Shown: positions 18,650 to 28,653, numbered from the stretch's first letter. The stretch is 64,000 nucleotides of DNA from an uncultured Mycoplasma sp. (GCA_964345805.1 CAYFSK010000002.1:9606-73605); one strand, 5' to 3'. Made by a program: numbers and translations. Notes: generated by a model not told the origin, from the letters alone.

Positions 18650-19744
18650 TTAATCTTTTTGGAATTTAGTAATGTTTTCAATTCTTACTGCAAGATATGG
18701 TTTATCTTTTTTAGCTTCTTTAATAAATAAAGTAAATGGTTTATCAATATTTAAGTTTTTAGGTTTATCAACTGGTTTTGATAAAGCCATTGTTTCTTTA
18801 ACATCAATAACGGCTTCACTTTTAACTTTACCACCTTTTTCATCAAGTTCAAAAATAATTGATTGAAGAGCAGCAGCAATAATATATTCCTTGTTTTCTA
18901 AACCATAAAATGGTTTATCTTGAAATTCTTTATATTCTCTTAAAATATTAAAATTGATATATGGCATTTTAAAGGTATCAAGTTCATCTAATGATTTATT
19001 ACCTTTATAGTGTTTACTATTTTCTTTAACATTTTGATAAGTCTTTTCAAAAGTTTTACCTTCATTATTAACAGTAATAATTAACTCATCATTTTGTTTA
19101 GTTTTTATTTTTATGGCAAAATCATTCTCATCATCATAATATAATATTTCAATATTACCTCTTGCCTCTTTATTATCATCTTTTAAACCAAAATATTTAA
19201 CATCTTCATATTTATTATCAAATTTATCGTTTTCCATAACAGAAAACTGTTTTAAATATTCAAACTCACGATAAAGCATTGTATAAAATAAATATCTTCG
19301 ATAATCAGTCCCATCTTTATCAAGAGCATCTTCACTCCAATCAATTAAATCAAGCACATCACTTGTTTGATCAAATTTATCTTTAATTGCTTTTTCTATT
19401 TTAGCTTTTAATTCCAAAGTTTTATAACCATAAGTTTTATAATAATATTCTTCAGAAATATCTTTTACAGAAAATGGTTCTTTATTTAAATTTTCTGCAT
19501 ATTTGATTTGGGGATTAAAAACAATATCTTTTTTAACTAAATCATTTTTTAAATCATTCCAAACTAATGAAAAAGTTCCACACCAAGCAGCATCACCAGA
19601 TATTTCATCAAGCACAGTTGGCACAACCTCAACTTCTTTAGTTAAAGTTTTTGTTGGCTTTTTCTTACCCATCGTTGCATAAATAATAGCTCCTGTAACA
19701 CATAACGCAAGTAGTACAATAATTATGATAACATTTTTCTTCAT
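18650..19744 (-). CDS. serpin family serine protease inhibitor with an N-terminal membrane anchor or signal
   Basis: Serpin hallmarks are present: hinge and reactive-centre loop (FELDEKGGKVKSEAVIDVKETMALSKP) and the NIDKPFTLFIKE motif. N-terminal hydrophobic segment. It has its own promoter and terminator. Confidence 0.7.
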   Translation of the reverse strand: MKKNVIIIIVLLALCVTGAIIYATMGKKKPTKTLTKEVEVVPTVLDEISGDAAWCGTFSLVWNDLKNDLVKKDIVFNPQIKYAENLNKEPFSVKDISEEYYYKTYGYKTLELKAKIEKAIKDKFDQTSDVLDLIDWSEDALDKDGTDYRRYLFYTMLYREFEYLKQFSVMENDKFDNKYEDVKYFGLKDDNKEARGNIEILYYDDENDFAIKIKTKQNDELIITVNNEGKTFEKTYQNVKENSKHYKGNKSLDELDTFKMPYINFNILREYKEFQDKPFYGLENKEYIIAAALQSIIFELDEKGGKVKSEAVIDVKETMALSKPVDKPKNLNIDKPFTLFIKEAKKDKPYLAVRIENITKFQKD

Positions 19745-19776
19745 AATTCACCTCTGATGTAATTATATCATATTAC

Positions 19777-19803
19777 TAAAAAAAAACACGTTATCTACGT
19801 GTT
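19777..19803 (-). terminator. intrinsic terminator after recA
   Basis: AACACGT-tatct-ACGTGTT followed by 9 T on the minus strand. Confidence 0.7.
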
Positions 19804-20854
19804 ATTTTTTATCTTTTTTTTCTTCTTTAGTAAAGTAATGATCTCTTATTTGTTTTTCAAGGTCTTCTTTTAATTTAAGGTCTGTTTTTAATAAAGCCCT
19901 AACATTTTCTTTACCTTGACCAATCTTTTCTTCTTTATAAGAATACCAAGCTCCACTTTTTTCAATTATATTTAATTCGGTCGCTAAATCAACAATTTCT
20001 CCCTCTTTTGATATACCTTCACCATATAATAAATCAACACATGCCGATTTAAATGGTGGTGCAACTTTATTTTTAACTACTTTAATATTCATCTTGTTAC
20101 CAAGAATTTGATCACTATTTTTAATCTGCTCACCTTTTCTTACATCAAGTCTAACACTTGAATAGAATTTAAGAGCTCTTCCTCCTGGTGTTGTTTCTGG
20201 ATTACCAAATAAAATACCTACTTTTTCTCTTAATTGATTAATAAAAATGGCTGTCGTTTTAGTTTTACTCATATTTCCAGATAATTTTCTTAAAGCTTGG
20301 CTCATTAATCTTGCTTGCAAGCCAATATGAGAATCGCCCATTTCCCCATCAATTTCTGCTTGAGGAACAAGTGCTGCAACCGAGTCAATTACAATTAAAT
20401 CAATCGCATTACTTTTTACAAGAGCATCACATATTTCAAGTGCTTGCTCTCCTGTATCGGGTTGAGACAATAAAAGTTCATTTATATCAACACCTAGTTT
20501 TGATGCATATACTGGATCAAGAGCATGCTCAGCATCAATAAAAGCTGCTCTTCCTTTATTTTTTTGTACCGCTGCTATAGCCTGAAGAGCAATAGTTGTT
20601 TTACCACTACTTTCAGGACCAAATATCTCAATAATTCTCCCCTTTGGATATCCTCCAACACCTAAGGCAATGTCTAAAGTAAGTGAACCACTACTAGTAG
20701 TTTCTATTTCTTTATGGCCTTCATCACCAAGTATCATTATTGCTTCTTTTCCAAATTGTTTTTGAATATCAGCGAGTACTTGATCTAGTGCTTTATCTTT
20801 ATTATTTTCGTTTTTTAAAGCCTTCATTATGTTCTCCTTTATTAACTCTGACAA
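19802..20854 (-). CDS. recA: recombinase RecA
   Basis: GPESSGKTT Walker A, and the [12 protein letters not shown] and IDSVAALVP motifs. Confidence 0.95.
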   Translation of the reverse strand: MSELIKENIMKALKNENNKDKALDQVLADIQKQFGKEAIMILGDEGHKEIETTSSGSLTLDIALGVGGYPKGRIIEIFGPESSGKTTIALQAIAAVQKNKGRAAFIDAEHALDPVYASKLGVDINELLLSQPDTGEQALEICDALVKSNAIDLIVIDSVAALVPQAEIDGEMGDSHIGLQARLMSQALRKLSGNMSKTKTTAIFINQLREKVGILFGNPETTPGGRALKFYSSVRLDVRKGEQIKNSDQILGNKMNIKVVKNKVAPPFKSACVDLLYGEGISKEGEIVDLATELNIIEKSGAWYSYKEEKIGQGKENVRALLKTDLKLKEDLEKQIRDHYFTKEEKKDKK

Positions 20855-20858
20855 ATTA

Positions 20859-20887
20859 ATTGTATCTTATAAAAAATTAAAAGTCAA
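20859..20887 (-). promoter_or_regulatory. recA promoter
   Basis: The minus strand reads TTGACT-17nt-TACAAT, then AAGGAG SD. Confidence 0.6.
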
Positions 20888-20897
20888 TAACTTTTTA

Positions 20898-20911
20898 CGA
20901 ATATTTGTTCG
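20898..20911. promoter_or_regulatory. Cheo/LexA (SOS) box candidate upstream of recA
   Basis: The minus strand reads CGAACAAATATTCG against the CGAACRNRYGTTCG consensus, a 13/14 match. It lies just upstream of the recA -35. Confidence 0.5.
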
Positions 20912-20938
20912 CTATGGTAAAATTTAAAAAATATTCAC

Positions 20939-21829
20939 TTATTTATGAATATTTCTATGATTTATACTTATTAATTCCATATCAGTTGTTAAATGTTTTA
21001 TTCTTTCAATTATTCTACTTGCATTAATAAAATCAATACTTCCAGCCTCACCACTAAGTTTTTTTTCAAGTTCTTCGATATTTAAATTACTTGTAAAAAA
21101 AGTAGTTAAATTATTATTCATTCGATGCTGTAAAATAGTTCCTAAAATTTCATCTCTACCCCACTCAGTTACTTTTTCAGCACCAATATCATCTAAAACA
21201 AGAATTTCAACGTTACTTAAATAGGAAACTTTATTATCAACTTCTCTAAAATCATTTTTTAAGTTTCTTAGTAATTCTGGATAATAAATAAGTTCATATC
21301 TAACATCCTTTTTTTCTCTTAATTCATTAAGAAGTGCAGATAATAAAAACGTTTTACCACTTCCAAAACTTCCATGTAAATATAATCCTTTATTAATTTT
21401 ACTTGGATCATAATTATCATAAAATTCTTTTAACCATTTTATTAATTTAACTCTCTTTTTATCAGTTACATCTATATCTTTCATTCGTGCATTATCAAGA
21501 ATAGTAGATGCCTTTTTTTCTTTTATTTGTTCATCACGCAGTTTTAATTTCTTACAAGGTATATAATCAAAAGTTACTCTGCTTCCTTTTTTCTGTGGAT
21601 AATATACATATCCTTTAATGTTGTTTTTACAACTGCTAAGTCCTGGACAATTCTTACAATTATCTAGTTCTTGAAGTGTATCTTCTAAAGAAGTTATATT
21701 ATTATTTAATTCTTCTTCACTTAATTTAATTTTTTTTGAAAGATTTACTAACTTAACATTCATCATACTTGCTTTTTTCTTATTAACAACTTTAGTTGAA
21801 GTTTTAATGTTTTCACTTAATTTTTTCAT
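20939..21829 (-). CDS. dnaI: primosomal helicase loader DnaI (AAA+)
   Basis: C-terminal AAA+ region (LYLHGSFGSGKTFLLSALLNEL) and N-terminal Cys-rich zinc region. It follows the dnaB-like gene. Confidence 0.75.
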   Translation of the reverse strand: MKKLSENIKTSTKVVNKKKASMMNVKLVNLSKKIKLSEEELNNNITSLEDTLQELDNCKNCPGLSSCKNNIKGYVYYPQKKGSRVTFDYIPCKKLKLRDEQIKEKKASTILDNARMKDIDVTDKKRVKLIKWLKEFYDNYDPSKINKGLYLHGSFGSGKTFLLSALLNELREKKDVRYELIYYPELLRNLKNDFREVDNKVSYLSNVEILVLDDIGAEKVTEWGRDEILGTILQHRMNNNLTTFFTSNLNIEELEKKLSGEAGSIDFINASRIIERIKHLTTDMELISINHRNIHK

Positions 21830-23094
21830 TATTCAAACTCCTTAAGAAGTTCTTGAAGATCACTTTTTTCTTCTTCACTTACTTCTTCTTTAGCTATATC
21901 TTTTTTAAACCAAGTTGGAACAGCTGCTTCTTTTTTGGTTTTGCTTGAATTTCCTTTAGTTGTTCTTTTATTTTCTTTAGCAGCAAAACTCATTGCCTCA
22001 GCAGCTGTTTTTATTCCAGCTTTACGCCACTGGGAAGCAATAGTTTCTACATAAGCATTTGTTAGACGATTATTATTTTTACGCAAGCAATAATCAAGTA
22101 AAACATTTACAACTGCTGGTGTTAATTCTAGATCAAGAAGCAGACTTTCAACAAGCTTTAATTCTTTAGCAGTTGGATTAACACCTTTATTTTTAATTTT
22201 TAAAAAATCATATGGCGATGTATTTTCAAACATAGCAATAGCTTTTGATCTAATCGAAGTATCTCCTTTTGCCTTTTTTAAGTAATCTGGCTGAGATCTA
22301 TATACTATAGTTGGAAGACGTCCAGATGAAAGTTCATAATATTTTCTTGTAGTTTCCCTTAACAAGGTTTTATCTATCATACCAAATTCATTAATGCTTT
22401 TTCTAATAAATTCAATCATTTTTAAAGTATCTGCATTATATATAAATGATAAGTTATCAATTAATTCTTTAGTCTTTTTATTTAAAGCTTTTTCATTCAA
22501 TATATTTTTAGGAATACTTGCCATTATTAAATCATAATCAATTTGACTTTTTAAGATAACATCAGATGTTTCTCTTTCTTTTATATCATGAACTTCTTTA
22601 GTATTTTTAGGTTCATATACACTATCAAGCTGTTTAGTAATTTCTGTATATTCAGATAAGTCATATTTTTTCTTTTGATAAGATTTAATTAATTTATCAT
22701 ATTCTTCAGAACCCATATTATTATATAAAACAACACCAAAAATAGGATGGTTTAAAAATTCATTAGCTGATAGTGGTGAATAAAGTTCATATATATATAT
22801 TAAAACATTTTCTTCTTTAACATAAGTTTTTATAAGACCTACTGCCTCAAGAGATTCTCTTGCTTCTTTAATACTTTTACTAGAGCATTTTAAAACACTC
22901 ATTAAATGATGATGGAGAAGATATGATGTTTCATCCAAATCTTTTAAATCTTCCCAAAAAGTTAAATATAATAAAATAGCTATTGGACCAACAATAGGCA
23001 TATAAAAACTCATTAAGTTTTTCTTATCAATATCACTTAATATAGTCTTATTAATTACTTTATATCTATCTGCTGGTAAGATATTATAACTCAT
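21829..23094 (-). CDS. dnaB: replication initiation/membrane attachment protein (Firmicute DnaB, DnaD-domain family)
   Basis: 421 aa, immediately upstream of dnaI as in Bacillus dnaB-dnaI. The call is based on size, context and composition only. Confidence 0.5.
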   Translation of the reverse strand: MSYNILPADRYKVINKTILSDIDKKNLMSFYMPIVGPIAILLYLTFWEDLKDLDETSYLLHHHLMSVLKCSSKSIKEARESLEAVGLIKTYVKEENVLIYIYELYSPLSANEFLNHPIFGVVLYNNMGSEEYDKLIKSYQKKKYDLSEYTEITKQLDSVYEPKNTKEVHDIKERETSDVILKSQIDYDLIMASIPKNILNEKALNKKTKELIDNLSFIYNADTLKMIEFIRKSINEFGMIDKTLLRETTRKYYELSSGRLPTIVYRSQPDYLKKAKGDTSIRSKAIAMFENTSPYDFLKIKNKGVNPTAKELKLVESLLLDLELTPAVVNVLLDYCLRKNNNRLTNAYVETIASQWRKAGIKTAAEAMSFAAKENKRTTKGNSSKTKKEAAVPTWFKKDIAKEEVSEEEKSDLQELLKEFE

Positions 23095-23151
23095 AGCTAC
23101 TCCTTAAAATTATTATAACTTATAATATCACAAATCTCAAATAACCCAAAT

Positions 23152-23176
23152 AAAAAAACACTTTTTAAAGTGTTTA
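23152..23176 (-). terminator. intrinsic terminator after the DksA-like gene
   Basis: AAACAC..GTGTTT hairpin, then 7 T on the minus strand. Confidence 0.5.
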
Positions 23177-23395
23177 TCTTTGTGCTTCTCTTTCATCTTC
23201 AATTACTTCTGATGATTCAATAAGTGCTTTTTGATTTTTAATAAGAAAGTCATATAAACTATGTTGCTGAACATAATATGCTCTATCAGCTAAATCGCCA
23301 TGATTTTGATTACCATCATTTAACTCTCTTTTTTCTTGTTGCAATTGTTTAAGCACTTCTAATCTTGTTTCAAGTTCTTCTCTAGTTACTTTCAT
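23174..23395 (-). CDS. DksA/TraR-like coiled-coil protein lacking the zinc finger
   Basis: 73 aa with a DLADRA motif that matches the DksA coiled-coil tip DxxDxA. No cysteines are present. It has its own terminator. Confidence 0.35.
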   Translation of the reverse strand: MKVTREELETRLEVLKQLQQEKRELNDGNQNHGDLADRAYYVQQHSLYDFLIKNQKALIESSEVIEDEREAQR

Positions 23396-23444
23396 ACAAA
23401 TACCCTCCTAAAATTATTATCCCAAAAAAGATTTTTATTGTCAA

Positions 23445-24479
23445 TTATAAGTTTTTAATAAACCTGATAATAAGTGAATCTTCATCAGATTTTTGATATT
23501 TTTTAATCATTTTCTTAACATCATATACCTTATAATATGTCTCATCATTAAGAAGCATTTGAGTTTCAAGTGCCATTATTACCAGTTCTTTATAAGCACT
23601 AGTTCCTAAAAAGTCAGATATTCTTTCTAAAATGTTAGGATTCATTTCACTTAATAAATTTTCATAGTATTCATCTGGCATGTTTTTGAATATATATTTA
23701 TGACCATCATAATTTTTCAAAATTTTTAAAGCATCAAAATATCCTAAATATATATTGTTTCTTATATCTTTTTTCTTTAAAGATAATACTCTTGTAAGTT
23801 TTCTAGATGGTTTTATTTTAATAATTTCTACGTTTTTTAAAGGTTTTTGATTAACACCAATTGCTCTTAAATCAACAGCATATACTTTATCACAACCTCT
23901 TTCTATTAACATATTATAAGGACAATTATTATATATACCACCATCAAAAAAGTAATTATCTTCATCAAGCTTTTCTGGTTTAAAAATAGGAAAATAACAA
24001 CTTGCTATTATATAATTATCTAGTTTGCCTAAAGGAATATCCTCAATAAATAAATCAAGTGGTTTTAAATCATTTAATCTTAAAGTAGAAAGACCAAACA
24101 ATATTTTGCTTTTACGAACTTTGTTTTCAATATTATATTTTTTCAAAGCATCTTGCATACTTTTAATTTCAACGCCACCATTTTTAATTTTCTCTACAAT
24201 ACTATCAAAAGTAAGCTCAAAATACTTTTCATCTTTAATATTTTTGTTAATTTTATCAGCAAGTTCTTTTGGAACTCCCAAAAACCTACTTATATCAGCT
24301 TTAAGCCAAAAGTTTAATAATTTAGAAAAATTACCTGCAGCTATCATTGCTCCATTTAAAGAACCAATTGATGTACCAGTTATCATGTCAATTTTTATAT
24401 TACATCTTTTTAAAGCAAGATATACCCCTACTTGATAACTTCCTTTAACTCCACCACCAGATAAAGCAAGTCCAATCAT
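23445..24479 (-). CDS. patatin-like phospholipase
   Basis: Oxyanion SGGGVKG and nucleophile elbow GTSIGS. DGG near the catalytic Asp. Confidence 0.8.
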   Translation of the reverse strand: MIGLALSGGGVKGSYQVGVYLALKRCNIKIDMITGTSIGSLNGAMIAAGNFSKLLNFWLKADISRFLGVPKELADKINKNIKDEKYFELTFDSIVEKIKNGGVEIKSMQDALKKYNIENKVRKSKILFGLSTLRLNDLKPLDLFIEDIPLGKLDNYIIASCYFPIFKPEKLDEDNYFFDGGIYNNCPYNMLIERGCDKVYAVDLRAIGVNQKPLKNVEIIKIKPSRKLTRVLSLKKKDIRNNIYLGYFDALKILKNYDGHKYIFKNMPDEYYENLLSEMNPNILERISDFLGTSAYKELVIMALETQMLLNDETYYKVYDVKKMIKKYQKSDEDSLIIRFIKNL

Positions 24480-25408
24480 TTTTTCATCATCCTTTCAATA
24501 AAGAAGATGTTAATTTTAGCAAGTAATTTACGTGTTTTTCTTAACTTACTTCTTTGCCTTTGTCTATTATAATATTCACTTAAAGTATCGTTTTGATATT
24601 TTAAAATTTTATTTGATTCATCTGTATCAAGTAAGATATTACTTTTATAATCTTTAGGTAAAAAAATCGAAGCCAGTAAGTAATTAAAACTAATACCATG
24701 ATATTTTAAAATATTAATTAAAATATTACCAAAATAATCTTGACAAGATTCCCCTCCCCCAATATTTAAAATTTTTCTGTTTATTTTTCTTATATTACTA
24801 AGAGCATTAACAAAAGCAAGTGATGCATCTTCTTTAGTAATTACTTCTATTTTATCTTTTAAAGCAATATTATAAATAAAATGGTCATGTCTAAGGTCTC
24901 CTAAAACTAAAGGTATTCTTAAAATAACATAATTTTTTAATTTTGCTTTAATAAGATTTTCTGTCTCTAATTTAGCTATATTATAATATTCATCATCACT
25001 TGGTTTTATTTTTTTATTTACTTTTCCTTCTTCTTTATAAAAAGATGTTGTTGATGAATATATTAAAGTGCATTTAGGATTATAATAGTTAATTGCTTTA
25101 ATAATATTATTTGTTCCATCATAATCAATTATTTTTGATAGATCTTTTTTATAATTAGCAACCGGTGGTAGAACTGTTGCTAAATTAATTACATAATCAT
25201 AATCTTTAATTATTGAATCTATTAAAGATGAGTTTAGGATATCACCATATATAATTTTTATTTTCTTTTTAAAAGGACGTAAAAGGCTATGAACTTTTTT
25301 AGTTTTAAAATCTAAAGCAGCTACTTCATATTTTTCACTTGAAACTAAAGATTTAATTACATTTAAACCTATTACTCCTCCCGCCCCAGTTACTAAAACC
25401 TTTTTCAT
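24476..25408 (-). CDS. NAD-dependent epimerase/dehydratase (SDR family)
   Basis: N-terminal TGAGGVIG Rossmann motif. 310 aa. ATGA overlap with the patatin gene. Confidence 0.7.
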   Translation of the reverse strand: MKKVLVTGAGGVIGLNVIKSLVSSEKYEVAALDFKTKKVHSLLRPFKKKIKIIYGDILNSSLIDSIIKDYDYVINLATVLPPVANYKKDLSKIIDYDGTNNIIKAINYYNPKCTLIYSSTTSFYKEEGKVNKKIKPSDDEYYNIAKLETENLIKAKLKNYVILRIPLVLGDLRHDHFIYNIALKDKIEVITKEDASLAFVNALSNIRKINRKILNIGGGESCQDYFGNILINILKYHGISFNYLLASIFLPKDYKSNILLDTDESNKILKYQNDTLSEYYNRQRQRSKLRKTRKLLAKINIFFIERMMKK

Positions 25409-25419
25409 ATCTTCTCCTT

Positions 25420-26532
25420 TTATTTTTCTAATAAACTATTAAACACTTCTAAAAACTTTTCTATTTCTTCTTTTGCTGTTAGATGAGAAATGCTTATTCT
25501 AAGTGTATTTGCAGCAAGATGTGCATCTTTAGTAATAGCAAACACAGATTTTGATGGCATACTATCAAGCGAACATGCTGTTGTTGTAGAAAGACAAATA
25601 CCATTTTCTTCAAAACCTGTTAAAACGCTTTTTGTATCTTTATCAACAAGACTAATATTTAATGTGTTAGGTATAGAATTTTCTGGACTATTAATATGAA
25701 TGTGTTTATTATTTTTTAAATCATCAGTAATCATTTCTTTTAACATTTTTACTCTTTTTTTTCGTTCAATAAGATTACTTGTTGCAAGTTCATAAGCTTT
25801 TAATGTTGAAAGTACATTAGCTGGAACTGGTGTGCCAGCTCTAAAAATAGTTGTTGATTTTCCCCCATGAACAAGAGGCGTTATTTTAATATTGTTTTTA
25901 TTGATAAGTACTCCCATACCATTTAAACCAAAAAATTTATGAGGAGCAAAAGTAATAAAATCAACGCCTTCAAAATCTGTTTCTGTTTTGCCAATTGCTT
26001 GGGTTGCATCAGTATGAAAAATTGCGTTAGGATATTTTTTTACTATTTTAGATGCTTCTTTAATAGGTTGTATTGTACCAAGTTCAGAATCAACATAACA
26101 AAGACTTACTAAAATAGTTTTATCATTCATTTCTTTTTCTAATACTTCTAAATCAATTATTCCTTTTTCGGTAATAGGAATAACTACTACATCATAGCCC
26201 TTCGATGCTAAATAATTACATGGAGCAACAACTGATGAATGTTCTAAGGCCGAAATAATAATTTTATTTCCTTTATCTTTATAATAATCAGCAACTCCTT
26301 TAATAACCATATTATTAGATTCTGTTGCACCAGATGTATATATGATTCCTTCCTTATCACAATCAAATATTAAACCAAACTTAAGCGAAGCATTTTCTAT
26401 TTCTCTTCGTGCAAGTTTACCTAAATAATGATTACTGTTGGGATTGGCAATATATTTTCTTGTTGCATCAACATAAACTTCTAATACTTTTTCATCAACA
26501 CTTGTATTTGCTGCATAATCTAAATAAATCAT
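25420..26532 (-). CDS. cysteine desulfurase / class V aminotransferase
   Basis: PLP-lysine region HKFFGLNGMGVL. NifS/IscS-like length of 370 aa. Confidence 0.75.
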   Translation of the reverse strand: MIYLDYAANTSVDEKVLEVYVDATRKYIANPNSNHYLGKLARREIENASLKFGLIFDCDKEGIIYTSGATESNNMVIKGVADYYKDKGNKIIISALEHSSVVAPCNYLASKGYDVVVIPITEKGIIDLEVLEKEMNDKTILVSLCYVDSELGTIQPIKEASKIVKKYPNAIFHTDATQAIGKTETDFEGVDFITFAPHKFFGLNGMGVLINKNNIKITPLVHGGKSTTIFRAGTPVPANVLSTLKAYELATSNLIERKKRVKMLKEMITDDLKNNKHIHINSPENSIPNTLNISLVDKDTKSVLTGFEENGICLSTTTACSLDSMPSKSVFAITKDAHLAANTLRISISHLTAKEEIEKFLEVFNSLLEK

Positions 26533-26541
26533 CTTTTCTCC

Positions 26542-27720
26542 TTATAATTTGAATGTCAACCATTCTGGTTTGATTATTAATAATAAACCTATAATAACCA
26601 TAATAATTCCACTTATTAATATACAAAGCTTGCTATATTTATTTGTAATTCCAGTTACCTCTAATGTTAAAACCGATATAACAAATACTATTAAATCATC
26701 AGCTATATAAAATAAAATATATAAAAGTAAATATAAAATTCTAGCAACACCAGTTACATTATTAATTGATAATATTTCTGAAAATACTACTGGAAAACCA
26801 AAAGTACATGCTAGTTCTATTAAATTAACACTTGCTGCAAGAATAGCAATACCAAGAATGCTTAAAATAAAGCTTTTACTTTGAAGAGCCTTGTTCATCT
26901 TTTTAATAATCGTTTTTCTTTTCTTATCATCAACAACATGACATCCAGTATCTTCATTTTTTGTTATAAAATATTTTCTTAAATTAAATAACCCAGCAAG
27001 AATAATAAAGATAGCAATAAGAACTTTTAAACTTTGAACTGCTTTAATACTTAAAAAGAAGTTTAATCCTAACATTGAAAGGAAATATACTAAAGCTGAG
27101 ACAAATAAGAAGGTCAAACCTAAAAGCCACATCTTCTTTTTATCTTTCATATTAAATAACATATTAATTAAGAAAATAAGTATCCACATTGCACAAGGAT
27201 TAAAACCATCTAAAAAACCAAGAACTATAGCAACAAGAGGAAGTGATACTTCTTTTATATTTACTTCTCCTATTAAAGGAATCTTGATAGTATCTTTTTC
27301 TTTTGGTTCTTCCTTGCTTAAATAATCTTCAATTTGTTTTTCTATTTTAGATTTAGTAACATCTGAAAAACCTGAAAAGCTCTTATCACCGATTACTGTA
27401 AATGGTACTTGATTAGGTATTTTATCAAATAATTTACAAACCTTTTCAAAATAATCATAATTTTGATTTGATATTGATAGTTCATAATCGTATATATTTA
27501 TATCTTGAGAATATTCTTTTATTATTTCTTCAAGCCAGTCTTCTTCCAATGCACAATGAGGACATCCATCTTTATGAAAAAAATAAATGTTTATTTTATC
27601 ATCCTCTGGAATAACTCCAACAATATCAAAAACTTTATCTTCATAAGTCTTTGATAAAGCAAAGATATTTAAAGGTATAATTAATAATAATAAAAGCAAA
27701 TATTTTATATATCTTTTCAT
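26542..27720 (-). CDS. thioredoxin-like domain fused to a CcdA/DsbD-type thiol-disulfide transporter
   Basis: Signal/TM, then an extracytoplasmic CPHC thioredoxin motif. The multi-TM domain has the two CcdA cysteines (NPCAMW, ELACTFGFP). Confidence 0.7.
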   Translation of the reverse strand: MKRYIKYLLLLLLIIPLNIFALSKTYEDKVFDIVGVIPEDDKINIYFFHKDGCPHCALEEDWLEEIIKEYSQDINIYDYELSISNQNYDYFEKVCKLFDKIPNQVPFTVIGDKSFSGFSDVTKSKIEKQIEDYLSKEEPKEKDTIKIPLIGEVNIKEVSLPLVAIVLGFLDGFNPCAMWILIFLINMLFNMKDKKKMWLLGLTFLFVSALVYFLSMLGLNFFLSIKAVQSLKVLIAIFIILAGLFNLRKYFITKNEDTGCHVVDDKKRKTIIKKMNKALQSKSFILSILGIAILAASVNLIELACTFGFPVVFSEILSINNVTGVARILYLLLYILFYIADDLIVFVISVLTLEVTGITNKYSKLCILISGIIMVIIGLLLIIKPEWLTFKL

Positions 27721-27983
27721 TTTATATCTCCTAGTAAATTAATAATATCTTCAGATGGTTTTTCACCAACTAACCTTCCATACTCTTTATCATCTTTAGT
27801 AAAAATAATAACGGGTAAAATTTTACCTACATTATATTTTTCTATTATATCTTCATCAAAATCATAATCATATTCTATTATTTCAACTAAAGGATAAATC
27901 TCTTTTATTTTCTTTAGTTCTTTTTTTAAGATTAAACAAGATGGACACCATAAAGCACTAATTACTAATATTTTTTTATTCAT
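27717..27983 (-). CDS. small thioredoxin-fold protein (CxxC)
   Basis: 88 aa with a WCPSC active site. ATGA-coupled to the CcdA fusion. Confidence 0.65.
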   Translation of the reverse strand: MNKKILVISALWCPSCLILKKELKKIKEIYPLVEIIEYDYDFDEDIIEKYNVGKILPVIIFTKDDKEYGRLVGEKPSEDIINLLGDIK

Positions 27984-28101
27984 ACTAAATCACTTTCTTT
28001 AAACATATCTCTTATATTTTACTATCTTTTATGTTTTTAAACAATATTATTATATAAAAGATTGTTTCTTAAGACATATAAAAAGTGATTAATATCACCT
28101 T

Positions 28102-28653
28102 TTATTTATTTAATTTAATACTTTCTAGTAAATGATTTATTTCTTCTTCTAGTAAAGAGAAATCCATTTTATTATTTGAAGCAACACACATAAATTTTAT
28201 ATAAAATTTAGTATCATCAATTAGTCCAAAATAAGTTCTTGTAACACCATTTTTTTCAGTATCAAATTCATCTACATAACTAAGTTCTAAAACATCATTT
28301 TTATATGTGTTTTTTCTTATTGTAAGGCCTTCGATATATTTTTCTAGTAATAAAAGATCATTATAATACTCATCAGCATTTGAATATTTATTATTTTTTG
28401 ATACTCTTATTTCTATCATAGTTACAATAGCATCATTAATTGTATTTGGATCAAGTATTTGGGTATTATTTCCTCCTCCTACAATATTAATTTGATATTT
28501 TTCCCATTTAGAAGGAGCTTCATATGTAAACAACTCATTTTTATAAGTTGTATATTTACTATCTTTTTTTACTATTTCTTCATTTTTATTATTTTTACCA
28601 CAACCCGTAATAAATAAGCAAAAAATTATTAATAATAAGATATATTTTTTCAT
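28102..28653 (-). CDS. lipoprotein
   Basis: Signal peptide with an ITGC lipobox. Confidence 0.6.
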   Translation of the reverse strand: MKKYILLLIIFCLFITGCGKNNKNEEIVKKDSKYTTYKNELFTYEAPSKWEKYQINIVGGGNNTQILDPNTINDAIVTMIEIRVSKNNKYSNADEYYNDLLLLEKYIEGLTIRKNTYKNDVLELSYVDEFDTEKNGVTRTYFGLIDDTKFYIKFMCVASNNKMDFSLLEEEINHLLESIKLNK

